DNA of 18,986 nucleotides from NCBI GenBank assembly GCA_043810635.1, contig JBDRNY010000087.1, forward strand, positions 1 through 18,986, given 5' to 3'. Source of the DNA: Candidatus Micrarchaeota archaeon (lineage in GTDB: Archaea > Micrarchaeota > Micrarchaeia > Anstonellales > Anstonellaceae). Positions 1-11,229 of this stretch are shown piece by piece (positions within the stretch are counted from its first letter, which is position 1; every line of letters starts with the position of its first letter). A model generated the notes under the pieces. The model did not search any database. It saw only the letters and a list, made by a program, of their open reading frames with translations, and had not been told where the DNA came from. Position numbers and translations under genes: made by a program.

Positions 1-79
1 ATGGCAAAAGAATTTTGATTATCCCCTTTGGCAGCAAATTCTATTTCATTTGCCAATGCGTCTGCAAGGGTTTTTTTGT
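1..79. repeat. Perfect direct copy of part of the rps7 3' region (identical to 850-928); runs off the window edge
   Basis: Base-by-base comparison shows 1-79 equals 850-928; the sequences diverge at 80/929. Confidence 0.95.
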
Positions 80-110
80 CTGCAGAAATAATCACTTTCA
101 AACAATAGGG

Positions 111-752
111 CTAATTACCTGTAATTATTTTGATAATTTCATTCACGTCGGAGAATATGAAATCAGCTAAAGAAAGATTTTCATCCTTGTTATGTTCTGC
201 CCTACGAGCAAGTATTAAGTCGATGTTTGCTGATTTTGCAGCAATCACACCATTTTGAGAGTCCTCCACGACTATAGTATCCCTTGGATTCGCGTTTAGT
301 TTGGAACATGCTAGAAGAAAGATTTCTGGGTCTGGTTTTGACTTTTTTACATCTGTTGCAAATACTGCTGTCTTGAAATATTTTTGAAGAGAATGTTGTT
401 TGATTGGTATCATGGCTAGCTCCTCTGTAGAACTTGTTGCGATGGCCATAGTATAGTTTTTTGATAGCTTTTCCAATACTTCAAGTATATTATCTACTAA
501 TGGAGCCCCCACATAATTTTTCGCAAGTAGTTTTTTGTGTGTGATTAACATATCATCTATAGGGAGAGATTTTTTGTAATGTTGAGCAAGTCTTGTAAAA
601 CACTCTCTTGTTGATAAACCAAAATATTTTTTTGCAATTTCTTCAGTTAACTCTAACCCATATTTCTCAAGAGTTTGAATCTCAATTTGTATGTGAATAG
701 GTTCAGAGTCTACTAACACTCCATCAAGATCCCAAATGATAGCTTTTTTCAT
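111..752 (-). CDS. HAD-superfamily IA phosphatase (beta-PGM/CbbY-like), ~213 aa
   Basis: Motif I WDLDGVLVDS, motif II ATSS, KSKPDPEIF and motif IV VVEDSQNG; start placed at ATG 752 (MKKAII); visibly more AT-rich than its neighbours. Confidence 0.9.
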   Translation of the reverse strand: MKKAIIWDLDGVLVDSEPIHIQIEIQTLEKYGLELTEEIAKKYFGLSTRECFTRLAQHYKKSLPIDDMLITHKKLLAKNYVGAPLVDNILEVLEKLSKNYTMAIATSSTEELAMIPIKQHSLQKYFKTAVFATDVKKSKPDPEIFLLACSKLNANPRDTIVVEDSQNGVIAAKSANIDLILARRAEHNKDENLSLADFIFSDVNEIIKIITGN

Positions 753-803
753 ATAACGACCCAGATATTTAGACAATAAAAACAAATAAAGAAGAATATG
801 AAA

Positions 804-1412
804 TTATCTTGCTGAGCGTGCCATTCTTTCAGTTTCGTCTTTCTTTTTAATGGCAAAAGAATTTTGATTATCCCCTTTGGCAGCAAATTCTATTTCATTT
901 GCCAATGCGTCTGCAAGGGTTTTTTTGTTTCTAAACCCCCCCATAATTGCGGCAAGGGTAATATTTCGCAATGCCATATCCAATCTTCGTGAAGCAGAAA
1001 CATCAACAGCTACCTGGTAAGAAACCCCTCCGAAAGATACGCGGGTAAAGTCTTCTCGTGGCGCTGAATTTTGTATTGCATCAATAAGCAATTGCACAGG
1101 GTTTTGCTTTGTGCGCTCTGCAACTATTTCAAATGCTCTTTCAACAATTTTCATTGCCTTTGATTTTTTTCCCTGCAATGAGCCATGGGTGCGTATAACT
1201 TTTCCGGATGCTTTTCTTCCCGTGCCTCCCCTCATCAATTTGTTTACAAGCCGCTCCACAACATTTACCTTGCTTTTTTGAAACTGCTTTTTTGCCTGCC
1301 TTCCGTGGGAGTGGGGCACTATTACAGGATCTAGGCTTATGTATGCAATTAGCGAAGGGTCTGTTACTTGCACAGAATCCAATTCATATTTTCCAAATAA
1401 TTTGTCTGCCAT
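804..1412 (-). CDS. rps7: 30S ribosomal protein uS7
   Basis: NPVQLLIDAIQNSAPRE, GGVSYQVAVDVS..RR and C-terminal KKKDETERMARSAR; follows rps12. Confidence 0.97.
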   Translation of the reverse strand: MADKLFGKYELDSVQVTDPSLIAYISLDPVIVPHSHGRQAKKQFQKSKVNVVERLVNKLMRGGTGRKASGKVIRTHGSLQGKKSKAMKIVERAFEIVAERTKQNPVQLLIDAIQNSAPREDFTRVSFGGVSYQVAVDVSASRRLDMALRNITLAAIMGGFRNKKTLADALANEIEFAAKGDNQNSFAIKKKDETERMARSAR

Positions 1413-1433
1413 AAATATTCAACCTTTAATTCA

Positions 1434-1862
1434 TCATCGTTTGGGCTTTTCTTTCTTCTTTTTTACCAATTGCTGCAAATCAACATCATTTACTTTTATC
1501 ACTTTATACCTTACTCCGGGTATGGAACCCATCTGCCCTCTTTGCGAGCCGCCAAGCCCTTCCACCATAACCTCGTCATGCTCGTCAATATAATTGATTG
1601 CACCATCTCTTGGGCAGTGGCATGTTACCAATTTTCCGTTTTTAATCAACTGAATTTTTACGCATTTAATCAATCCGGAGTGGGGCTGCTTTTGCTCAAG
1701 CTGTTTTTTCTCAATTACAATGCCTTTTGCCTGCGATGCCCCTTCAAGCGGGTCGTATTTCTCTTTTAATTTGAGCTTTTTCCTTTTCCAGGTTTTTTTG
1801 AGCCAGCGCTGCCGCTTCCTCCTGCGCTTCAAATCCCTTCCTGCAAATTCTCCTTTTCCCAT
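1434..1862 (-). CDS. rps12: 30S ribosomal protein uS12 (archaeal type)
   Basis: KQP.S...[25 protein letters not shown] and [19 protein letters not shown] upstream. Confidence 0.97.
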   Translation of the reverse strand: MGKGEFAGRDLKRRRKRQRWLKKTWKRKKLKLKEKYDPLEGASQAKGIVIEKKQLEQKQPHSGLIKCVKIQLIKNGKLVTCHCPRDGAINYIDEHDEVMVEGLGGSQRGQMGSIPGVRYKVIKVNDVDLQQLVKKKKEKPKR

Positions 1863-1916
1863 TTAATTTCACCAAATATTAGCATGCCAATTATTTTTTA
1901 CAATCATATTCACAAC

Positions 1917-2354
1917 TCAATAAAAACCCACTCTTTGACTCATAACAAATGCACTCGCATGCACTTGAGCTATTGCAACATCTGCCAATTTTCTATATTC
2001 TTTAGCCAATTCTTTGTCATTGGTATATTTTTCGATAATTTCTGCAGCGTCAGTATAGTAGCTTTTTGCGGCTCCAAAAGAGCCTTTGTCAAGTTTCGAC
2101 CCGGCAGCTTGTGCATAGTCTCCTGCCAGAGCTCTTGCAACTTTTTCTATTTCTTTTTTCTTTTCTTCTGGCTGAGCCTCGACTTCTTGCAATGCATCAA
2201 GTATGAATCTATATCTGCTGGAAGAATCCGCCTTCGAAAATGCATCCACAAAATGCTGATTTGGATATTGCTTTCCATAAACTTCATTAATTCTCTTTTT
2301 TATTTGCACAGACAAATTTGGAATTGTTTTTTGCTTTACAACAGTTTTTCCCAT
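1917..2354 (-). CDS. Orphan helical protein with a TPR-like segment, inserted between nusA and rps12 (alternative GTG start at 2363)
   Basis: 145-148 aa ORF co-oriented in the operon with GGTGA/GGTGG SD sites; segment AGSKLDKGSFGAAKSYYTDAAEI has TPR-like spacing. Confidence 0.8.
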   Translation of the reverse strand: MGKTVVKQKTIPNLSVQIKKRINEVYGKQYPNQHFVDAFSKADSSSRYRFILDALQEVEAQPEEKKKEIEKVARALAGDYAQAAGSKLDKGSFGAAKSYYTDAAEIIEKYTNDKELAKEYRKLADVAIAQVHASAFVMSQRVGFY

Positions 2355-2386
2355 ATTTACCACCTAATTTCACCAATGTATTCTAA

Positions 2387-2812
2387 TCATTTCGGATTGT
2401 TCAGGCGCAAATTGCATTTGAATTTGCGCATCAAAAGCTCGCGGTGGAGCTTTATTCTTTCCCCTCCCCGGCCTATTGCCGCTCCGCGGTCTTTTTCATC
2501 TACTGTAACATAGACTGTTTTGCTATTATTCTTCTCATGGATGTTTATATTTGTTATGGCAATGGGCGCAAATACTGATTTCAGGAAATCTTCCATTTCA
2601 GGCTTGTCTTCAAACACAAGCACCTGCCTGGAAAACGCCTGCCTTACCCGTGTAATGTGCGCACCCTTCGGCCCTATTGCCTTGCCCATATCTCCCTTTG
2701 GCACAAGAAATACTACTGATTTTTCACCTATATAAATATCTGTTGCGCTTGCACCAGTAAGCTTTTCAAAAATTGAAAGAGCCTTTAAGTCGTCATTTGT
2801 TAATTCTACCAT
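2387..2812 (-). CDS. nusA: Archaeal NusA (two KH domains)
   Basis: GKAIGPKG and GAAIGRGGERIK KH motifs; position after rpl30e. Confidence 0.96.
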   Translation of the reverse strand: MVELTNDDLKALSIFEKLTGASATDIYIGEKSVVFLVPKGDMGKAIGPKGAHITRVRQAFSRQVLVFEDKPEMEDFLKSVFAPIAITNINIHEKNNSKTVYVTVDEKDRGAAIGRGGERIKLHRELLMRKFKCNLRLNNPK

Positions 2813-2836
2813 AAATATGATTCACCACTGCATAGG

Positions 2837-2885
2837 TTTTTCTTTTTCCGCTGAAGCGCTTTTTCTTTTTCTGAAAAAGAAAAAG
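2837..2885. repeat. Mirror plus inverted repeat element (potential intrastrand triplex), copy 1
   Basis: TTTTTCTTTTTC (2837-2848), CGCTGAAGCG linker, CTTTTTCTTTTT (2859-2870), CTG, AAAAAGAAAAAG (2874-2885). Confidence 0.85.
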
Positions 2886-2890
2886 GGCTC

Positions 2891-2946
2891 ATTGAAAGAG
2901 CCTTTAAGTCATCGTTAGTAAGTTCTACCATAAATATAATTCACCA
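2891..2946 (-). pseudogene. Duplicated nusA 5' end (SD plus first 13 codons), upstream stub
   Basis: 50/56 identical to 2772-2827; encodes the same MVELTNDDLKALS. Confidence 0.85.
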
Positions 2947-2960
2947 TAAAACAAATGCAT

Positions 2961-3302
2961 TTATTTTTTCTTTTTTACAATCTCCAGTATAGGAGAGTCA
3001 CCCGCTTTAGACACCCATAAAGCTGAAATAGGAAAAGGCTTTCCGCACAATGAACCCAAATCCAGGGAAGTGCCGCCATAAATATAGAGGGGAAGGTTCG
3101 AAAGCGAGCAGTATTTTTGCAAATCTGCCATTTCATCTGCCGGGGTGTTTGTTACTGCAATAATCAATTTGCCCTGCCCGAGCAATGAATGCTTTATTGC
3201 GCCTTTTATTCCAAATTCTGTTTTGCCTGTATCCACGCACATGCGGATTGCTTTTGAAATATCTCCTGCTGCTGATTTTTTTGCTGCTTTTTTTCTTGCC
3301 AT
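2961..3302 (-). CDS. rpl30e: 50S ribosomal protein eL30
   Basis: AIRMCVDTGK..FG and GTSLDLGSLCGKPF.IS; GGAGGT SD before ATG 3302. Confidence 0.95.
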   Translation of the reverse strand: MARKKAAKKSAAGDISKAIRMCVDTGKTEFGIKGAIKHSLLGQGKLIIAVTNTPADEMADLQKYCSLSNLPLYIYGGTSLDLGSLCGKPFPISALWVSKAGDSPILEIVKKKK

Positions 3303-3343
3303 GTGTATTACCTCCAGCATTTTTCAATGCCTTCCCTAATACG

Positions 3344-6876
<3,533 letters not shown>

Positions 6877-6888
6877 ATCAATTACCCC

Positions 6889-7233
6889 TTAGTTGGAACA
6901 TAACTCCTTCCTGTTTTTCATAAGCGTACTTACATCATCCAGCTTTTGAGTTATATTCTTCATAGTGAATGTGCAGTATACAAGAACTTCTTTGCATTTG
7001 TTCTTTTCTGAAAATTCTTTTCCCTTGTTGGCAATTTCCAGTGCCTGATTTAGTTTATCGAGGGCGCCGCCATAATCTTTGTTTTCTATGCAGGAATTGG
7101 CGCCTGCATTGGAACTAATTGCCTGATTAAAAAATACCCATGCCTTCCCACAAGTCTTTTTGTTGCGGGCTTTTTTGGCATCTTTGATAGCACCAGTAAC
7201 GCTAAATCCGGTTTGAGTTCTTGTAAATATCAT
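6889..7233 (-). CDS. Orphan helical protein with a TPR-like segment, inserted between rpo2C and rpo1N
   Basis: 114-aa ORF whose ATG overlaps the rpo2C TGA (ATGA); segment IENKDYGGALDKLNQALEI. Confidence 0.8.
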   Translation of the reverse strand: MIFTRTQTGFSVTGAIKDAKKARNKKTCGKAWVFFNQAISSNAGANSCIENKDYGGALDKLNQALEIANKGKEFSEKNKCKEVLVYCTFTMKNITQKLDDVSTLMKNRKELCSN

Positions 7234-9089
7234 GCCTTATCCCTCAATAACAATCTTGGGAATATTCCCATAGACTTAATTTCATCCAATAATAGTTTGA
7301 ATGCGTGCGACATTTCAACATAATGAAGCTGGCGGCTGTTTTCATCCAATGGAGAAACCAGCTTGTTGCGTATATAATCTTTGTATCCAATAGCCCCGGT
7401 TTTTTCACATACTAATTGATAGCTTCTGTCAGATTCTTCCAATAATCTTTCACGTATAAGCATGGATGCTCCATAGCCGATAAGACAATCCCGTTCCATT
7501 TCACCAAAGCGCAACCCTCCTTCTCTTGCCCTTCCTTCAGTTGGCTGGCGGGTAAGCAATTGCACAGGCCCGCGCGCGCGAACATGCATTTTGTTTGATA
7601 CTAAGTGGTGCAATTTTTGGTAATAAATTACTCCTACAAATATTTTTGCTTTTATTGCCCTTCCGGTTTTTCCGTCATAAAGGGTTTCTTCGCCATATTC
7701 ATTAAAGCCCAAATCTTTCAATTCTTTTCTAAACTTTTCTTCAGTGTCTCCTGCAAATGCTGTAGAATCTGCAAATTCGCCGCTATGGCATGCAGCTTTT
7801 CCGCCAAGCATTTCAAGCAAATGCCCTGCAGTCATACGTGAGGGAATTGCGTGGGGGTTGATTATCAAATCAGGCACAACCCCTTCAGAATTAAATGGCA
7901 TATCCACTTGCGGAAGGCAAAGCCCGATAACCCCTTTCTGCCCGTGGCGGGAGGCAAATTTGTCGCCCTGCTCAGGCACTTTTACTGAGCGCACTTTTAC
8001 TTTCACCAACCTGTTTCCTGCCAATGAGTCGGTGATAAGCACTGAATCAACTGCTCCTTCATCTCCTGCTTTTATTGAAAGAGAGTTGTCTCTTTTCTTT
8101 TCTTCAACCATTCCAAAAACAGAAATTTCCTCTAAAAAGCGAGGGGGGGAGGTTTTTCCAACAAGCACGTCTTTTGGATCTAATTTTACCTCGGGAATTA
8201 CAATTCCGTCATCTGAAAGATAGCGGTATGCTTTTTCATCCCTATATCCCTGCGCTGTTATGGGCGGAATTTCAAATTTATCCTTTTGCCCGCCCGGATA
8301 TCTCCTTTCTTCTGTTTCATGGGTTTTGTAAAATACGCTTCTTCCAAGCCCTCTGTCAATTGCAGAGCGGTTCATTACAACCGCATCGCTTGTATTATAG
8401 CCCATCATTGATGCAACCGCAACAACAAAATTCTGACCTGCAGAATGCTCTGAAAATCCGAGTATTTTGTATGGGCGGGTTTGCACAAGGGGCTGCTGGG
8501 AGTAATACATAATATGTCCGCGCGAATCATTTCTTTGGTTGAAATTAAGCAAATAAGTGCCAAGAGACTGCTTTGCCATTGAGCAAGCCATGGTAATTCT
8601 CGGTGAAGAATTGTGCTCGGGGTAGGGAAGGATGGATACAGTTACTCCTGTAATTGTAACAGGATCTATTTCCAGATGGGTGTGCTTCCCGGTTATTTCT
8701 TTTGGCACAAGTGCAATAAGCGTGCTTTCTTCCTCTTCTGCATCCAAATATTCAATTACTCCCAAAGAAACAAGCTTGCCCCAGCTCATTTGCCCGTTTT
8801 TCAATTGCTCAATTAATTCTTCGGTTAATTTGCTTTTTCCGTTTTCCACTGTAATATAAGGGCGCCTTGCCCTGCCTGAATCAGAATTAATTATTACTTC
8901 ATCAGTTCGTCTATTGCAATAAAAATTAACTCCTGCAGGAATTGTTCCTGCTCTCCTTTCCTCTTTTAATTTTGCAACCAATTCCGGACCTTTTTCAACT
9001 TCGCCAACAAGCCTTCCATTAAGCAAAACTATTGTTTTCTGCCCCGGAGATTTTGGGACACGCTTTCTTCTTTTCTTTTTTCTTGCCAT
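7230..9089 (-). CDS. rpo2C: DNA-directed RNA polymerase subunit B' (Rpo2C)
   Basis: GDKFASRHGQKG, PDLIINPHAIPSRMT and RQPTEGRAREGGLRFGEMERDC; start ATG 9089 or 9095. Confidence 0.98.
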   Translation of the reverse strand: MARKKKRRKRVPKSPGQKTIVLLNGRLVGEVEKGPELVAKLKEERRAGTIPAGVNFYCNRRTDEVIINSDSGRARRPYITVENGKSKLTEELIEQLKNGQMSWGKLVSLGVIEYLDAEEEESTLIALVPKEITGKHTHLEIDPVTITGVTVSILPYPEHNSSPRITMACSMAKQSLGTYLLNFNQRNDSRGHIMYYSQQPLVQTRPYKILGFSEHSAGQNFVVAVASMMGYNTSDAVVMNRSAIDRGLGRSVFYKTHETEERRYPGGQKDKFEIPPITAQGYRDEKAYRYLSDDGIVIPEVKLDPKDVLVGKTSPPRFLEEISVFGMVEEKKRDNSLSIKAGDEGAVDSVLITDSLAGNRLVKVKVRSVKVPEQGDKFASRHGQKGVIGLCLPQVDMPFNSEGVVPDLIINPHAIPSRMTAGHLLEMLGGKAACHSGEFADSTAFAGDTEEKFRKELKDLGFNEYGEETLYDGKTGRAIKAKIFVGVIYYQKLHHLVSNKMHVRARGPVQLLTRQPTEGRAREGGLRFGEMERDCLIGYGASMLIRERLLEESDRSYQLVCEKTGAIGYKDYIRNKLVSPLDENSRQLHYVEMSHAFKLLLDEIKSMGIFPRLLLRDKA

Positions 9090-9112
9090 AAACATAACCT
9101 ATACATTATTAG

Positions 9113-9233
9113 TTATTTCCCGCTCGCTTCATTTCATTTATTTTTTCCATCCAATTTTCCAATTATTTCCCGCTCGCTTCATTTTCCTTTTTTGCCGTAT
9201 TTCCCCCATAATTATTTTATACTCTGCTTCATT
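9113..9233. repeat. 50-bp-period repeat: two exact 22-bp copies plus a degenerate third at the rpo2N stop
   Basis: TTATTTCCCGCTCGCTTCATTT at 9113-9134 and 9163-9184; TTATTTTATACTCTGCTTCATT at 9212-9233. Confidence 0.85.
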
Positions 9234-10681
9234 CCCAATCTAAAAAGTATTTGCTCTATTTCATCTTCTTTTTCCCCTGTGGATATTTCGCAAAATAATG
9301 CCATGTTTTTTACCAGTGCGCATGAAGGGCCCTCGGGGGATTCGTTGGGGCATAGTTTTCCCCAATGGGTGCCGTGCAAATCCCGTGCCTTGAAATGCGG
9401 GTGTTTTCTTGAAAGGGGTGAAATAATCCTTCGCAAATGAGACATTGAGGAAAGGAAAGAAGTTCTGTCAAGCAATTGAGATACTCCTGTCTGCCCTGCA
9501 ATCCAATTTCCAGTTGCCATAGAATAGCGGATTCTGTCAGAAAGCGCATCAGGCCGCACCAATGTTTGCACAGCCAGCCTTCTTCCTCTTGCATCAGCCC
9601 GGCCAGCCTGATAAGAAACATCTTTTACTAAAAATTGGAATGCATACCTGAAAAGCTCTTCCATCAAATCTCCTGCTAATTTTATTCTTTTGTTTGCATA
9701 ATGGTCTTTATCATCTGCAGGAATTCTTCCTTGCGCAACCAAAATCGCCCTTTGCGCCATTTTGCACATAAACTTTGCTTTTGCAAACCTGTCAGCAGCT
9801 TCAGTGCCTATGTGGGGAAGCAAATAAGTGTCAAGCAAAACTTCTGCCCTTTTCTTTCGGTACTCCTCGGTTTGCCCCGGAGCCGCTTTTTTTCCTACAA
9901 AATCCAAAGCTTCGTCAATATTTTTTGTTGTATCATTTTCCATATTAAGAAGAATATCATTTCTTATCTGGACATCAACCAGAAATTCTGACATAATTTC
10001 GCTGTTTTTTTCAATTCCCAATGCACGCAATACTGAAATAAAGCCCAAATCTCTTGGTGAAGCCGGAAAAATGCAGTGCATCAACCCCTCGGTGGTGCGC
10101 TCCACAGCGCTTCTTGCACGAAATCCGTGGCGTGTGGAAAAAACTTTTGAAGTGACTATTTTTTTGTCTTTTTCAAAAGTGGTCATAACCCTGTTCGGAG
10201 CCAAATCTTCTATGGATACAAGCACTCTTTCGCTTCCGTTTATAATAAAATATCCGCCCGGATCGTCGGGGTCTTCCCCTGCGCCAGCCAATTCATCTTC
10301 TGCCATATTATCAAGGTGGCATAATTTGCTTTTTACCATCACCGGAATTTCCCCTATAAACACTTCAGAAAACATTTTCTTTTCAACGCCGTTATACACA
10401 GGAATTATTTCCAAAAATATGGGCGCTGCATAAGTAAGGTTTCTTGAGCGGGCTTCTGAAGGAATCACAACCCTTTGGGAGCCGTCTGCTTCAACAACTT
10501 TTGGCTTGTCCAATCTTACCCTTCCCAAATGCAATTCAAACCCTTCAATAGAAGGCTTGATAATTCCTATTCTGTCAATAATTTGCTGCATTTTTAATTC
10601 AACAAACTTGTTGTAAGAATCAAGGTGCTGCTTTACCAATGAATTTTCCTTGAAATACGCTCCCAAAAGCTCTTTGCTCAT
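9212..10681 (-). CDS. rpo2N: DNA-directed RNA polymerase subunit B'' (Rpo2N)
   Basis: LVKQHLDSYN, DPGGYFIINGSERV, DDKDHYANKR and LCPNESPEGPSCALVKN; start placed at ATG 10681 (GGTG SD), not 10765. Confidence 0.97.
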   Translation of the reverse strand: MSKELLGAYFKENSLVKQHLDSYNKFVELKMQQIIDRIGIIKPSIEGFELHLGRVRLDKPKVVEADGSQRVVIPSEARSRNLTYAAPIFLEIIPVYNGVEKKMFSEVFIGEIPVMVKSKLCHLDNMAEDELAGAGEDPDDPGGYFIINGSERVLVSIEDLAPNRVMTTFEKDKKIVTSKVFSTRHGFRARSAVERTTEGLMHCIFPASPRDLGFISVLRALGIEKNSEIMSEFLVDVQIRNDILLNMENDTTKNIDEALDFVGKKAAPGQTEEYRKKRAEVLLDTYLLPHIGTEAADRFAKAKFMCKMAQRAILVAQGRIPADDKDHYANKRIKLAGDLMEELFRYAFQFLVKDVSYQAGRADARGRRLAVQTLVRPDALSDRIRYSMATGNWIAGQTGVSQLLDRTSFLSSMSHLRRIISPLSRKHPHFKARDLHGTHWGKLCPNESPEGPSCALVKNMALFCEISTGEKEDEIEQILFRLGMKQSIK

Positions 10682-10714
10682 CAACATACACCGTTCCTTT
10701 CCTTCTACAAACAC

Positions 10715-10798
10715 TTCATTTTCTTGCCAACAGTTTCGCCAAGCAAACACCTGGCATCCTGCCACACACTTATTTCATTTTCTTGCCAGCAGTTTCGC
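10715..10798. repeat. 25-bp direct repeat pair (1 mismatch, 34-bp gap) between rpo5 and rpo2N
   Basis: TTCATTTTCTTGCCA(A/G)CAGTTTCGC at 10715-10739 and 10774-10798. Confidence 0.9.
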
Positions 10799-10824
10799 TT
10801 CTTCGGCCGGATTCATGGCTTATG

Positions 10825-11079
10825 CTAACCTTTCACAACTATTCTGTAATAATCATAATTCCCTGTAAAATCCTTTCTTTTTATATGGATTAAAACACCC
10901 GGCTCTGCCCCCATCCCTATAAGCGCCGGGTCTGAAGCATTGATTTTTGGAAAGCATGCCGCTTTAGATTTAAATTTTGCTATTACTTTTGCCTTCTCCT
11001 CCGCACTGAGAAGAATATGCTCTGGCACAAGCTGATGCTCTAATTTTTCTTTCATTTTTTTAGAGGTTCTTTTAGTCAA
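10825..11079 (-). CDS. rpo5: DNA-directed RNA polymerase subunit H (Rpo5)
   Basis: HQLVPEH.LLS, PKI..SDP and YYRIVV; start uncertain (TTG 11079 with GGTG SD, or ATG 11055). Confidence 0.95.
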   Translation of the reverse strand: MTKRTSKKMKEKLEHQLVPEHILLSAEEKAKVIAKFKSKAACFPKINASDPALIGMGAEPGVLIHIKRKDFTGNYDYYRIVVKG

Positions 11080-11140
11080 AATAACACCAAATGGCACCTA
11101 AGGTAGGGATTATGCGTGCGTAATATTAGTATTACAAATG

Positions 11141-11148
11141 TTTATAAA
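11141..11148 (-). promoter_or_regulatory. Candidate TATA box for the rpo5 operon
   Basis: TTTATAAA about 60 bp upstream of rpo5; no clear BRE. Confidence 0.35.
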
Positions 11149-11229
11149 GATATATAATAAATTATGAGAGAGAAAAAGAGACATATTTATATACCGGAAA
11201 ACACAGCCAATGAAACTTGATTTCTCAGA

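Noticed and set aside
1898..1909. 12-bp match TTACAATCATAT to the rpo1N start region (6867-6878)
   Set aside because: AT-rich 12-mers recur by chance in 19 kb
9113..9184. CRISPR array
   Set aside because: Two 22-bp copies with a low-complexity gap, related to the adjacent gene end
10682..10765. N-terminal extension MAGCQVFAW... of Rpo2N in the ORF track
   Set aside because: It runs through the intergenic repeat; the SD and recognisable homology begin at ATG 10681/10687
10715..10798. CRISPR array
   Set aside because: Only two repeats, no leader or cas genes, not palindromic, and inside an operon junction; kept only as a direct repeat
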